In this document: positions 9,959 through 19,409 of the stretch, in pieces
Layout of the letters: the number at the start of each line of letters is the position of its first letter
Numbering within the stretch: the first letter of the stretch is position 1
Virus record (IMG/VR): IMGVR_UViG_3300044729_003149
Coordinates: 1 to 54,646 of that record
Origin: a virus
Taxonomy: Duplodnaviria; Caudoviricetes
Direction: 5' to 3' (one strand)
Length of the DNA stretch: 54,646 nt
Program-made: the position numbers and the translations under genes
Notes under the pieces: generated by a model
The model's database searches: none
The model's input: only the letters and a program-made list of their open reading frames with translations
Told to the model about the DNA's origin: nothing

Positions 9959-10820
9959 GGGATTTGTTCTCGTACTCGTAACTGAGCTCGCCCTTGGCAG
10001 GATCAATCTTCATTTTGTACTGCACCATCTGCCCATTGACATCGTTGACTTTGAGTTTGGCCCAGGGATCTTGTTCACCAGACTTCACACGAGTCCACCA
10101 ATCAATGTCCATGCCGATCTCTACCATGTGTCGCGACAGCCGTTCACACTCGTTGAGTCTTTTTTGAGTCCAACTGATATGGTGAAAGTCATTGGGATCA
10201 TGTGGCTTGCCTTCCAGAGCAATTCTACCTTTGAAGGTGCTGTCTTTGTTGTTGCCAGTAAGATCATGTCGATCATGATTGACAGTGACATCAATTCTTT
10301 CCCAGATGTCTAACATATATGCACATTGACTCAACCATGCGTCAATCATTTGATGTGGACTGAGATGACCCAGCAGTTCCATCCACACAGCAGGTACAAT
10401 AGGAAAAATGCTGTAGGGATGGTCGTTATGGGTGTGTACTGCCAACAATTTGAACTCGCCAGTGCGCTGGGCAATTACATCGTCCCAGTTTTGAGTTTCC
10501 ATCACAGCATCATCATTGAAAAACATGTACCAGTCAGCATCGGCTCGCTGGGCCAGTTCATTACCGTAACGATTGATATTCACATAGCCCATGGGTGCAA
10601 ACTGCACAGCTCGATAGTGAACACCGCGTTGATCAAGCTTGGTCTTGAGGCTGTTGCGGAAATGATCCAGGCCCACTGTATCATCACGATCAAACCCCAG
10701 CATGAACTGCACCTGATCCAAATTGGAACAGTTGTCAATCAGGCTGAATATGCTGCGATCCAAGAGGTCAGTTCGGCCACGAGTGGGCAGCAAGATTGCT
10801 ATTTTGTATTGCTTAGTCAT
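9933..10820 (-). CDS. GT-A fold glycosyltransferase (GT2-like)
   Basis: IAILLPTRGR, DRDD, MFFNDD. Confidence 0.75.
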   Translation of the reverse strand: MTKQYKIAILLPTRGRTDLLDRSIFSLIDNCSNLDQVQFMLGFDRDDTVGLDHFRNSLKTKLDQRGVHYRAVQFAPMGYVNINRYGNELAQRADADWYMFFNDDAVMETQNWDDVIAQRTGEFKLLAVHTHNDHPYSIFPIVPAVWMELLGHLSPHQMIDAWLSQCAYMLDIWERIDVTVNHDRHDLTGNNKDSTFKGRIALEGKPHDPNDFHHISWTQKRLNECERLSRHMVEIGMDIDWWTRVKSGEQDPWAKLKVNDVNGQMVQYKMKIDPAKGELSYEYENKSREKVSQPG

Positions 10821-11109
10821 CTATAGAATCCCTGTGTGTTGAAAAAATGTTTGACCATTGTTGTAGCTTTTGACGTTTGAGTTTCTTGGCTGTGTCTAGT
10901 GCATCTGGATCAACTATGCCTTGATCTATCAATATATCAATCATGGCCATTACGTCACCAATTTCACGTTCCAACATTGTGCGATGTGGAATGCCGCGAC
11001 TGTAATGTATAGAGTTCAAACCAAATCTGCGACACTTGCTGACTTCAACAATGACCTCGGCACATTCTTCTTGCAATATATCCAATGCTTCTTGAACTTG
11101 TGTGTTCAT
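10813..11109 (-). CDS. MazG-like NTP pyrophosphohydrolase
   Basis: LQEECAEVI...SK, LEREIGDV. Confidence 0.75.
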   Translation of the reverse strand: MNTQVQEALDILQEECAEVIVEVSKCRRFGLNSIHYSRGIPHRTMLEREIGDVMAMIDILIDQGIVDPDALDTAKKLKRQKLQQWSNIFSTHRDSIDD

Positions 11110-11609
11110 GCAAATAGATCCTCGTTCCACTCTCTATGTCCTTCTCTAAAAGCCATGTTGGCTTGTGTTTCTCGTACTTCTACTCTGTAGCACCACAGAC
11201 GTTCAGCCTCACCTGGCCCCCACATCTCAGGAATGTAAACACCGTTCACATACTTGTACAACATGTCAGCAAGCCCTTCACACCCCAGTCGTGGCAGAAC
11301 AACGATCTTGGCCATGTTTCGTTCTTTCAACAATTGGAATGTCTCCATTTCGGGATCATCTTGTGCCACAATCAAGGTATGATCAAACTGATCCTCTAAC
11401 ACTGATTTCAGTTCTTTGAGACCACCATAATCTGCCGCCCAGTTACGTACATCCAAATCGTCTGTGCCAAAATAAAACTTCATGCTAAAACTATAGCCGT
11501 GAATTAGATTGCAATGACTATCAGCACGCCATTGACGATACGCACATGGAAATGCATCGTGATATTCTTTTGTACTTGTGTATTTGTAAACTCTTGTTGC
11601 TAAAGACAT
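11106..11609 (-). CDS. queD: 6-carboxytetrahydropterin synthase (PTPS/QueD family)
   Basis: CNLIHGY, DYGGLK, FDHTL, GCEGLA, VEVRET; folE and queE nearby. Confidence 0.85.
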   Translation of the reverse strand: MSLATRVYKYTSTKEYHDAFPCAYRQWRADSHCNLIHGYSFSMKFYFGTDDLDVRNWAADYGGLKELKSVLEDQFDHTLIVAQDDPEMETFQLLKERNMAKIVVLPRLGCEGLADMLYKYVNGVYIPEMWGPGEAERLWCYRVEVRETQANMAFREGHREWNEDLFA

Positions 11610-11610
11610 T

Positions 11611-11690
11611 GTATTCTCCTATGTTAAGATTTTAGCATAGGCCTGCAGAATTTGTAAAGCGGGATGAAGAGCCAGGAAGGCCGCTGTTGA
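11611..11690 (-). ncRNA. candidate structured cis-regulatory leader (riboswitch-like) of queD
   Basis: P1 AGCGG/CCGCU; loop CCUG can pair with downstream CAGG; then CCUAUG/CAUAGG hairpin covers the AGG of the AGGAG RBS; TAAATA at 11697-11702 directly upstream. Confidence 0.45.
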
Positions 11691-11699
11691 GACTGATAT

Positions 11700-11933
11700 T
11701 TAGTCGCACCAATCGTCGCTCTTCATGTATTCAGCTGCTTGATTGCGAGCTGACTCCATGCTGTCGGCCACCACTGTAAGAGTGGCCACGCCGTCTTTGA
11801 TGTGTATGTTGTAAGGCACTGGACCTTGTGGTAACCAGCCATCATCCACACGCAGCTTCACCTTGAAACTGCGCATGGTCTGAGCACGTTGAATTATACT
11901 TTGCGTTAAATCGCGAGCTTGTTCCTTGTTCAT
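11700..11933 (-). CDS. hypothetical protein
   Basis: 77 aa ORF. Confidence 0.7.
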   Translation of the reverse strand: MNKEQARDLTQSIIQRAQTMRSFKVKLRVDDGWLPQGPVPYNIHIKDGVATLTVVADSMESARNQAAEYMKSDDWCD

Positions 11934-11938
11934 TTTGT

Positions 11939-12355
11939 TTAATTCTCAGTAGTATCTGCTTGATCTTTGATATCAATAGGACCGCGAACCCAGCATTCAG
12001 TGTCGTATTGTGACCAACCTTCTTCTTCCCAACCGGCCGACCAGTCTTCGTCCCAGATCTCTTGTAGTCGATCGCGTTCTTCTTCAGGCATGTCGTCGGG
12101 CCAGATGATGTCTCCATACCAGCCATCGTCAAGACTCACAAGTTCTGTGTCATAACCACAGTCATACATGTTCACAGCATCAGCACCAGGACCTTCGGTT
12201 TGATCCAGTTCAGGTGGACTATCGTCTTCGGTTTCCATAGTCCAAGTGCCCCAACGATATCCGTTGATCACACGAATAACCATGTCATCTTTTTGCCATA
12301 GTTCGTGTTCTTCCACTGATTTCTTTTCTGCGGTTGATACAGTCCATGTAGCCAT
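11939..12355 (-). CDS. acidic hypothetical protein
   Basis: 138 aa, rich in D/E/W. Confidence 0.75.
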   Translation of the reverse strand: MATWTVSTAEKKSVEEHELWQKDDMVIRVINGYRWGTWTMETEDDSPPELDQTEGPGADAVNMYDCGYDTELVSLDDGWYGDIIWPDDMPEEERDRLQEIWDEDWSAGWEEEGWSQYDTECWVRGPIDIKDQADTTEN

Positions 12356-12580
12356 TTATTTCAATCCTTTGCGACGGTTGCTTTCTGCCATGCCTTGCGC
12401 TATCATTTTCTTGAACATCAGCACTACCCGGTTTTTTTCTTTCTCACTCAAATACTTCACCAGCACTAACTTGTCGTCGTAGCTTTTGGCATTGTCCAAA
12501 AACTCTTCAGGCACTGCCAGCTTGGGCTTTTTGGGTTTGAATTTTTTCAAGTCCATTTTTGGTGTATCATCGTCGGACAT
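12356..12580 (-). CDS. hypothetical protein
   Basis: start MSDDDTPK with AAGGAG RBS; TAAATA at 12600-12605. Confidence 0.75.
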   Translation of the reverse strand: MSDDDTPKMDLKKFKPKKPKLAVPEEFLDNAKSYDDKLVLVKYLSEKEKNRVVLMFKKMIAQGMAESNRRKGLK

Positions 12581-12608
12581 GATGGTCTCCTTTGCCGGGT
12601 ATTTACTA

Positions 12609-13358
12609 TTATCTAGGCGCAAACTCCTGTTGTAGCTTGATATTGTCCATGAACTCTTTCTTGACACTGGCATCAGTACTGAACACACCTTTTAACACAG
12701 TGGTCTGTGTCAATGAACTGTGTGCCATGATACCGCGATTCTCGCAGCAGCCATGTGTGGCCTGAATATACACACCAACATCGTGACTGTCAGTGGCACG
12801 AATTATTTCTCGGGCAATGTCATTACACAGTTCTTCTTGTAACGTACCTCTCCGCGCACACCATTGTGCGATTCGTGTGTATTTGGACAGACCGATAAGT
12901 TTATTGGCCGCAATGATACCGATATAGGCGACACCATTAACAGGCTGATGATGATGACTACACATGCTACGAAGCTCGCTGCGTACAACAAGCATACCTT
13001 CATATCTTTCTTGCGAGTGGTTGGGAAAAGCAGTTGCATCAGGTCTTGATTCATATCTACCTGCCATTATCTCATTGAAATACATCTTGGCCAGCCTACG
13101 AGCTGTGCCTGCACTGTTGGGATCTGTTTCACGATCAATCAACAACCTATCCAGTACCAATTCAAAAGCTTCTGTTGCCTCATTGATTAGATGTTCTTTG
13201 TCTGTTTCGTGCAAGTAGTCACTGATGTTGTCACCTGCCCAAAAACGTTTGTTGTCGCGTTGCATTCTGGCACGGATCGCGTCGGCCAAATATGTTTTCT
13301 TTGGTGCTGAAGTACCAGTGTCATCGTCGTTGCTCTGGTACATTTTTTCGTAAACCAT
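12609..13358 (-). CDS. folE: GTP cyclohydrolase I
   Basis: TARRLAKMY, SMCSHH, IGLSK, LQEEL, ATHGCCENRG. Confidence 0.95.
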   Translation of the reverse strand: MVYEKMYQSNDDDTGTSAPKKTYLADAIRARMQRDNKRFWAGDNISDYLHETDKEHLINEATEAFELVLDRLLIDRETDPNSAGTARRLAKMYFNEIMAGRYESRPDATAFPNHSQERYEGMLVVRSELRSMCSHHHQPVNGVAYIGIIAANKLIGLSKYTRIAQWCARRGTLQEELCNDIAREIIRATDSHDVGVYIQATHGCCENRGIMAHSSLTQTTVLKGVFSTDASVKKEFMDNIKLQQEFAPR

Positions 13359-13387
13359 GTAGTCTCCTAGTGTTACAGGTATGCTGT

Positions 13388-13416
13388 ATTTTACAATATT
13401 TAGATCTTGGTGTCAA
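13388..13416 (-). promoter_or_regulatory. sigma70 promoter with nested TAAATA, upstream of folE
   Basis: TTGACA-17-TAAAAT; TAAATA at 13397-13402 lies inside the spacer. Confidence 0.7.
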
Positions 13417-14159
13417 ATGTTAATGAGTTTTCTTTCTCCTAACCAAGGAATCATTACCTCATCAACAAAGCGCTCGTGTTGCTCTGGTCTGGGGTGGAAA
13501 TTGTCAGCGCCCGGAATCTCGCAATTTTGTTTAACCCAATTGTATTCGCTTTCCACGGGCAAAAATTTGTCCCAGTCAATTTGATCCCAAAGCCAGGCAC
13601 AGTTTGGTTCGTTTTTGTACAAAGCTGCATTAAATGTTGTCACATATGAAGTGGTCATTGCATAAGGGATGCCATGCAGTTTGAGAAAATTTTGAAGATT
13701 GAGTATGTGTTCAAGAGTGTAGATTTGAGCAGCGGTTTCGTTGTAATAGTGTAGATACCAGGGTTTGTTGTATTTGTGATTCCAGTTAACATTGGTAATA
13801 ATCCAACCACCAGGTGCGTTTTCGGCCACTCTAGTGGGATTTTCGATCCAACCTTCGTATACAGTGTCAATTTTCACACCGTCCTCAAAATAAAATTCAA
13901 ATCGATCCCGACCACTCCACATCACAACTACTAAAATATCCTCAGCACGGTGTGTTTTCAACAACTGTGACAATCGATATTGCGCACGCCTGCTGATCAA
14001 ACCATTGCCTTGACTGCCCATGGCTTCGCTAGAGAGTGTGTATCCCGGTAACCGATCATGCAAAAACAGTGGCCAGGTCTTGTTACCAGGGTTGCCGTGA
14101 CTGTAAGTTATTGTTTCACTGAAACTACAACCCACAGTGACTAAAATTTTTTCACTCAT
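13413..14159 (-). CDS. SGNH/GDSL-like protein (paralogue 3)
   Basis: VGCSFS, SQGNGLI, VVMWS, NFHP...H. Confidence 0.65.
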   Translation of the reverse strand: MSEKILVTVGCSFSETITYSHGNPGNKTWPLFLHDRLPGYTLSSEAMGSQGNGLISRRAQYRLSQLLKTHRAEDILVVVMWSGRDRFEFYFEDGVKIDTVYEGWIENPTRVAENAPGGWIITNVNWNHKYNKPWYLHYYNETAAQIYTLEHILNLQNFLKLHGIPYAMTTSYVTTFNAALYKNEPNCAWLWDQIDWDKFLPVESEYNWVKQNCEIPGADNFHPRPEQHERFVDEVMIPWLGERKLINI

Positions 14160-15175
14160 AATTTCTGCCGCAAATCTATCAAACGTTGCCAGGTTTCGTA
14201 ATTTTTTTCTGCTTGTGTATCAACTATGTTTGCCAAATGATTGAAGTTACCAACAAGTCTGTCACGCAGTTGGTGCCTGATCCCTACAATGTTCATGTTT
14301 GACAGGCGCTGTATTTCGTCGATCAAAACTTGCATTCTGGTTTCTTCATGTACGATATGATCATAATCGTGATTGATGACATCATCAAAAACATCAAAGC
14401 CCAATTTTCTAACCTCAGCAACCAGACCGGGCACAGCGAACCAAATGGGCAACTGAGCCATGGCAAACGCTTTGTAGGTTTTTTCGGTAATAAAAATTGA
14501 ACTCCATCTACCTCTTTCGTTCTGACTTGAACTTTCCACAACAATGTTTACAGCACAGGTTCTAAACAAATCATTGCCGATGTCGTGACTGGCAGCACCG
14601 TGACTGTCAGGTAGCAGACCATCCACCAACAAAGGCAATCTCGCATTTTTGGAAAAATAAATTTGAAAATTTCGCCGCGCCAAGTCAGGATGAGCTGCAC
14701 CAAAACTCAATCTTACATCAATTTGACTCTCTAGCACAGCACTGGCAAATCTGGCTCGTGCGTGGCTGAGTGATCTCATCAAGCAAAGAAACTTGCAATC
14801 AGTTTCAAAAGTCAATGGCAGGTGCCGATGTCGACTGAAAAATCCATGCCCGTCACTAAGGTGCATGGGATCGCACCTGGCATCATAGTCCAATGAATCA
14901 GTGTCAACAATGGCACCAAATAACACTGTGAATTGTTTTACGCCCAAATCCCGCAAACATTTTACAAACTGTTCAAGATTGTGATGATCATGGCCCTCAG
15001 CTCTTGTATCTATCACCAACTTGCTGGAAGCCAATTCCTCGACAGAAACACCACTGTCCGCAAGGTCTTGATAGATCTGATCCAGTACAGTGTCTGGGCG
15101 TTTGAGACTTTCTGGATCAAAATGACAAGCACCGTACCATAGTATACCCGGTTCACGTCTAACAATGCAGTTCAT
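14156..15175 (-). CDS. putative glycosyltransferase-like protein, paralogue of 279-1391
   Basis: NIVVES..FITEKTYK..PIWF..RKLGFDVFDDVINHDYD. Confidence 0.55.
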   Translation of the reverse strand: MNCIVRREPGILWYGACHFDPESLKRPDTVLDQIYQDLADSGVSVEELASSKLVIDTRAEGHDHHNLEQFVKCLRDLGVKQFTVLFGAIVDTDSLDYDARCDPMHLSDGHGFFSRHRHLPLTFETDCKFLCLMRSLSHARARFASAVLESQIDVRLSFGAAHPDLARRNFQIYFSKNARLPLLVDGLLPDSHGAASHDIGNDLFRTCAVNIVVESSSQNERGRWSSIFITEKTYKAFAMAQLPIWFAVPGLVAEVRKLGFDVFDDVINHDYDHIVHEETRMQVLIDEIQRLSNMNIVGIRHQLRDRLVGNFNHLANIVDTQAEKNYETWQRLIDLRQKL

Positions 15176-15756
15176 AGAATCGTGATATCTCTACAGTCTG
15201 GATAATCTTTGTATTGCGGCGCCCGTGGTGAAAATTTTAGATGTTGCAGTTGATTCATGGCCAGCACTGCTTCTTCGGGAGTGGGTCGATAGTGATAACC
15301 CACCCGAAAGTGTTGTTGTGCAATCCAGGGCGAATGAGACAAATCTCTGCCATCGTATCGCATGCACACAAGATCTTGATAGGCCTGTTGATCATCCAAC
15401 AGTATGGCACCACCTCGTCCCACCTGCAGGGGCTTGTCAAAACCAAAACTCAGACATTGCATCTGCCCCTGGCGATACATTCCAGGCTCTAGTCGTCTAG
15501 CACTGTCCCATATATCAGTGCCATAAAACCGATATTCGCCACACCAACGTTCTGGCACTAACTCATAGTCAATGTTGAGTTTGTGCATGGTCATAACCAC
15601 GCTGATGTACGTGAAAGCTGTGAACTGAACACGTTTTACTTTCCGATATCTCAAACACAGTTCAATGGCGTGTGTGCAGCAATCAGTCATCACAGCATAG
15701 GGTGCGCCAGTATACTCAGCCAGCGCCTGTTCAAACTCCAGTATTCGTTCAAACAT
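15172..15756 (-). CDS. short DegT/DnrJ/EryC1/StrS-family PLP sugar aminotransferase
   Basis: FEQALAEYTG, CTHAIEL, WDSA, SFGFDKPL.VGRGG; only about 194 aa. Confidence 0.75.
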   Translation of the reverse strand: MFERILEFEQALAEYTGAPYAVMTDCCTHAIELCLRYRKVKRVQFTAFTYISVVMTMHKLNIDYELVPERWCGEYRFYGTDIWDSARRLEPGMYRQGQMQCLSFGFDKPLQVGRGGAILLDDQQAYQDLVCMRYDGRDLSHSPWIAQQHFRVGYHYRPTPEEAVLAMNQLQHLKFSPRAPQYKDYPDCRDITIL

Positions 15757-16696
15757 ACCACTGCCAAGCATGTGCGATGATGTCGTCAAGATTGTATTGA
15801 CGCCATGTCACTAGTTTATCAAATTTGTCAGCACTGGCAGTGAGCATAGCCGGATCGCCTGGACGTTTTGCACCAGGCCGCACTTGGAGTTTGCGTCCAG
15901 TCACACGTTCGGCTGTGAGAATGATTTCAGCATTGCTGATACCAGTGCGTGAACCTAGATTATAAACACCCGCCGGCACTGTGTTACGATCCAGAGCCAG
16001 CACATGTGCTCGTGCAATGTCATCCACATGAACATAGTCACGCACACAGGTACCGTCGGGCGTGTCGTAGTCATTGCCGTTGAGCACAAACTCGCGATCA
16101 TCGCGCAGACTTTCCAACACACGAGCAATAATATGTGTGGCTCCAGGTTCTTGACCATGGTGGCCTTCGGGATCAGCGCCGCAGGCATTGAAGTATCTAA
16201 AGCTCACATAGTCAATGCTGTAAGCTCTACCATAACTGGCCAACATGAGTTCCACCATGCGCTTGCTTTCGCCATAGGGCGAAATTGGTTCACACGGGTC
16301 TACTTCATGACAGGGATTCATTATGGGTTCGCCATACACCGCTGCTGAACTAGAAAAAATCACACGACAGTGCGGCATGGCTTTGCGCACAAAATCCAAC
16401 AGTTGTTTGGTCTTGACTATGTTGTTGTCGTAATACTCTTCTGGATTGGCCATGCTGGGACCAACCAGGCTGGTACCTGCACAATGCACAATAGCATTGG
16501 GTTGGAACTTCAGCAATGCTCGCAGACTGCGATCGCTCACAAAGTCACATACTTCACTGGTGAAGTTGGCGTTGTCGGACCAAGGCACTGTTTTCTTTCT
16601 ACGATCAATAGCCAACACTGAGTGTCCAGCCTCCAACAGACGAATCACAATCTGTCCACCAATATAACCAGCAGCGCCGGTGACTACTACATTCAT
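15749..16696 (-). CDS. galE: UDP-glucose 4-epimerase
   Basis: TGAAGYIG, FSSSAAVYG, SPYGESK, RYFNACGA, TPDGTCVRDYVHV. Confidence 0.92.
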   Translation of the reverse strand: MNVVVTGAAGYIGGQIVIRLLEAGHSVLAIDRRKKTVPWSDNANFTSEVCDFVSDRSLRALLKFQPNAIVHCAGTSLVGPSMANPEEYYDNNIVKTKQLLDFVRKAMPHCRVIFSSSAAVYGEPIMNPCHEVDPCEPISPYGESKRMVELMLASYGRAYSIDYVSFRYFNACGADPEGHHGQEPGATHIIARVLESLRDDREFVLNGNDYDTPDGTCVRDYVHVDDIARAHVLALDRNTVPAGVYNLGSRTGISNAEIILTAERVTGRKLQVRPGAKRPGDPAMLTASADKFDKLVTWRQYNLDDIIAHAWQWYV

Positions 16697-17895
16697 GATT
16701 CTACCTTTACCACCTGATACTTCTCGTGAGCAACATGATCACGATATCTATTACCCGCGCGATTCCATTGCTCTCCCTGCCCCAGTATAATATCAACGAC
16801 ACGATCAACAGTAGCATTATTCCAGTCACTGATCAACCCCATGTTATGATGTGGTGCCTGCAAGAGATTCAACATTTTGTGGTAGGCATCGTCAATGCTC
16901 CAAGGCACATAGAGACGATTGGGATCGTTTGCAAATGTTTCTGGGAATGAACGATAGGCCGGATACAATACATTGCTGCCCAGAGTGTCGGCTTCACTCA
17001 CAGTGTTAGACACCCAGTCTTGCAAGGCACAGTTAAACAACACACGAGTATTGTTGAGATGCTGATAATACTCGTTCTTGCTGATGTTATCAAAAATTTT
17101 GAGTTCGCCACGTGCTTCAAGATCTCTAGCACGGCGAATGTATTCAGGATTGTTGCTGCGAAGTTCTCCACCCGAGTACACACAAAACTCAATGGGCATG
17201 TCTGTGAGCTCACGAGTCATTTCAATGAGATCCATGAAGAAGCCGGGCTGCTTTTCTTGATCAAATCTTGCAGCAAAGCCCACACGCAGGGGACGATCAG
17301 CAAAGGGTTGGATGTTTTCTTGTCCACCAATGCGCTCTAGCACTTCCTCTTTGCCAAATGCCAAGCCACTGATGTTGTAGATGGGAGCAGTCCAACCTGC
17401 TATGCGCATGTGTGCAACCATTTCTTCATTGGTGGCCAATACCGCAGTCACAAAGTGATTCACCATCTTTTCATAAGTTGCCATCCACGGCGCCATGCCC
17501 CAGACATGTACAAAATCGTCAGGATCAATTGCCTGTGCCAAACAACGAACAAAAATACGGGGACGCTGGCTAGCAGGTACCTGATCCAAAATATAGGGCA
17601 GGCTTTCGATGCCGGGTTGAAACATGTCTTCAAAGTAGACCACATCGTCATGTCGAACTTCTCCTTGTTGCATCAAACGAACCAGATTCATCATTTGACT
17701 CATGGCAAAATAGCTGCGACCATGAGCATCCAAGACTTGACCCACTGAAATCTTTTGACTGTTGTCAAGATTCAAGCCGGGCACATATACAACGTCAAGA
17801 CCTCGACGTTTGAACACCCGACGATTCCATTCTGTGAGTTGAAGAGTGTAACGGGCTTCGTAGCTTTCTAGCCCCATGTAATAAAGTTTTCTCAT
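16693..17895 (-). CDS. GT-B fold glycosyltransferase (GT4-like)
   Basis: FAARFDQEKQP, QDWVSNTVSEA..LG, YPAYRSFPE. Confidence 0.7.
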   Translation of the reverse strand: MRKLYYMGLESYEARYTLQLTEWNRRVFKRRGLDVVYVPGLNLDNSQKISVGQVLDAHGRSYFAMSQMMNLVRLMQQGEVRHDDVVYFEDMFQPGIESLPYILDQVPASQRPRIFVRCLAQAIDPDDFVHVWGMAPWMATYEKMVNHFVTAVLATNEEMVAHMRIAGWTAPIYNISGLAFGKEEVLERIGGQENIQPFADRPLRVGFAARFDQEKQPGFFMDLIEMTRELTDMPIEFCVYSGGELRSNNPEYIRRARDLEARGELKIFDNISKNEYYQHLNNTRVLFNCALQDWVSNTVSEADTLGSNVLYPAYRSFPETFANDPNRLYVPWSIDDAYHKMLNLLQAPHHNMGLISDWNNATVDRVVDIILGQGEQWNRAGNRYRDHVAHEKYQVVKVES

Positions 17896-18626
17896 TGAGA
17901 TTCCTTTGTAAAATATTCTTTGATGTAATTGGCCAACAAAGCATGCGCTTTTCTGCTGGGATGGAAATCACCAAAACTTGGTCCAAACCAATCTGTTTCC
18001 ATGAGTTGTTGGGCTTTCAAAAAGTTTGTATCGCTTGCGGAGGCCACTTGTTCCATGATATCCAATCTGCCGCGCTGTTTTGCATCGCGAAATAGGTCAG
18101 GGTTCAGTATCAACGGAACACAGTTGGTTTGGTGAGATGAATCCATGAGACCAATCCAGCTTTCACACATGGGCACAAGATTAGTATACAGTGAAACTAT
18201 GTTAAGAGCAAGATCGTTAAGCCCGCCCACAAGATAAATCTTGGTTTTAAATTCTTGCGCCAAACTGTCAAGTTTGATGTAAAAAATTTCTAGATTTCTT
18301 TCATACAGGTTTTGTAAATCTGTGCTGAGTTGATATATTTGATCATGATCCACATGATATTTTTCGCTGACTTGATGTCTATATGCGTCGGTTTGTATTA
18401 CAACAATTTTGAACTGTTGGTAAGTTTTTACATAAGTCAAGTAGTTGCGCAAGGCAAAACACATCTGCCAGTTGCTGGCCGCGCTCTGACTGAGATTGAC
18501 CACATCATAGTGCGGAGACAAATATTCGCTCACCCCGGGATGATTGATTCGGAGCGTTTTGTTTTGATCCGATGTCCATTCTCCACACCCCCAACTACAG
18601 CCTGCTAAAATTAATTTTTGGCGCAT
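17892..18626 (-). CDS. SGNH/GDSL-like protein (paralogue 4)
   Basis: AGCSWG, AASN, DFHPS..AH. Confidence 0.65.
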   Translation of the reverse strand: MRQKLILAGCSWGCGEWTSDQNKTLRINHPGVSEYLSPHYDVVNLSQSAASNWQMCFALRNYLTYVKTYQQFKIVVIQTDAYRHQVSEKYHVDHDQIYQLSTDLQNLYERNLEIFYIKLDSLAQEFKTKIYLVGGLNDLALNIVSLYTNLVPMCESWIGLMDSSHQTNCVPLILNPDLFRDAKQRGRLDIMEQVASASDTNFLKAQQLMETDWFGPSFGDFHPSRKAHALLANYIKEYFTKESQ

Positions 18627-18656
18627 GTCAGACTGATCGGCTCATGACCGATCTAA

Positions 18657-19400
18657 TTAGGCTAGTTCAAAGTGTTGTAGAATTTCTTGTGCAACTGCAC
18701 GGTGAGCTTGCTGAGTTGGCATCAAACCGTCGCGTCCCATCAGCAATGTGAACCCTTCGCTGACAAGCAAGTCTTTTTTGCGCCATGGATCGTTGGTCAT
18801 CAACTGTTCATTCAATAGGTCATGTCGTCCCATACGTTCAAATGTCAATTCTAAATCCTGAAATGAATCCCGAACATAGCCTAACATCACAGGAGTTGAC
18901 ACATGTTCGGGATACATCAGTTTGATCCAACTAGAGCACACACAGGCCAAGTTGGGATATGACATCAGCACAGCAGTGTCAATGTCGGTGGCACTGCCCA
19001 CTAGATAAATGGTTTTCCCCGCAGCGGCTGCGATTCGGTCTAGCTCACTGTACCAACGGTCAACAATGTTTGAATACAGATTTCTCAAATTGGTACTTGA
19101 CTTTATGATTTCTTCATGTCTTACACCAAAATGATGAGCATAGTGTGTATTGGCTGTGTTGCCCTGAAACACAATCACTGTGCCTTCAAGATCAATGCTT
19201 TGCAATAAACCCAGTTCGGCCCAAATACCTGATCTAAGTGATTCAGTGGGAAAGTCATGATAAACCAAATTTACATCGTAGTGATCTGACAAAATTGCAC
19301 TCATGCCCGGTTGATCAGGAACGGATTCGTTTTGCTCTCTGCGCCAGGTGCCGTAAATCCACCCGTCGCCTACTATGGTAAGTTTTGGTTTGTTTGTCAT
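18657..19400 (-). CDS. degenerate SGNH-like protein (paralogue 5)
   Basis: VGDGW (Ser lost), IYLVG shared with paralogue 4, LMPT..AH (His lost). Confidence 0.5.
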   Translation of the reverse strand: MTNKPKLTIVGDGWIYGTWRREQNESVPDQPGMSAILSDHYDVNLVYHDFPTESLRSGIWAELGLLQSIDLEGTVIVFQGNTANTHYAHHFGVRHEEIIKSSTNLRNLYSNIVDRWYSELDRIAAAAGKTIYLVGSATDIDTAVLMSYPNLACVCSSWIKLMYPEHVSTPVMLGYVRDSFQDLELTFERMGRHDLLNEQLMTNDPWRKKDLLVSEGFTLLMGRDGLMPTQQAHRAVAQEILQHFELA

Positions 19401-19409
19401 GATATCACT

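Noticed and set aside
18635-18653. GATCGG/CCGATC hairpin between two SGNH genes
   Set aside because: Only 6 bp, no U-tract, and not seen at other SGNH gene borders.
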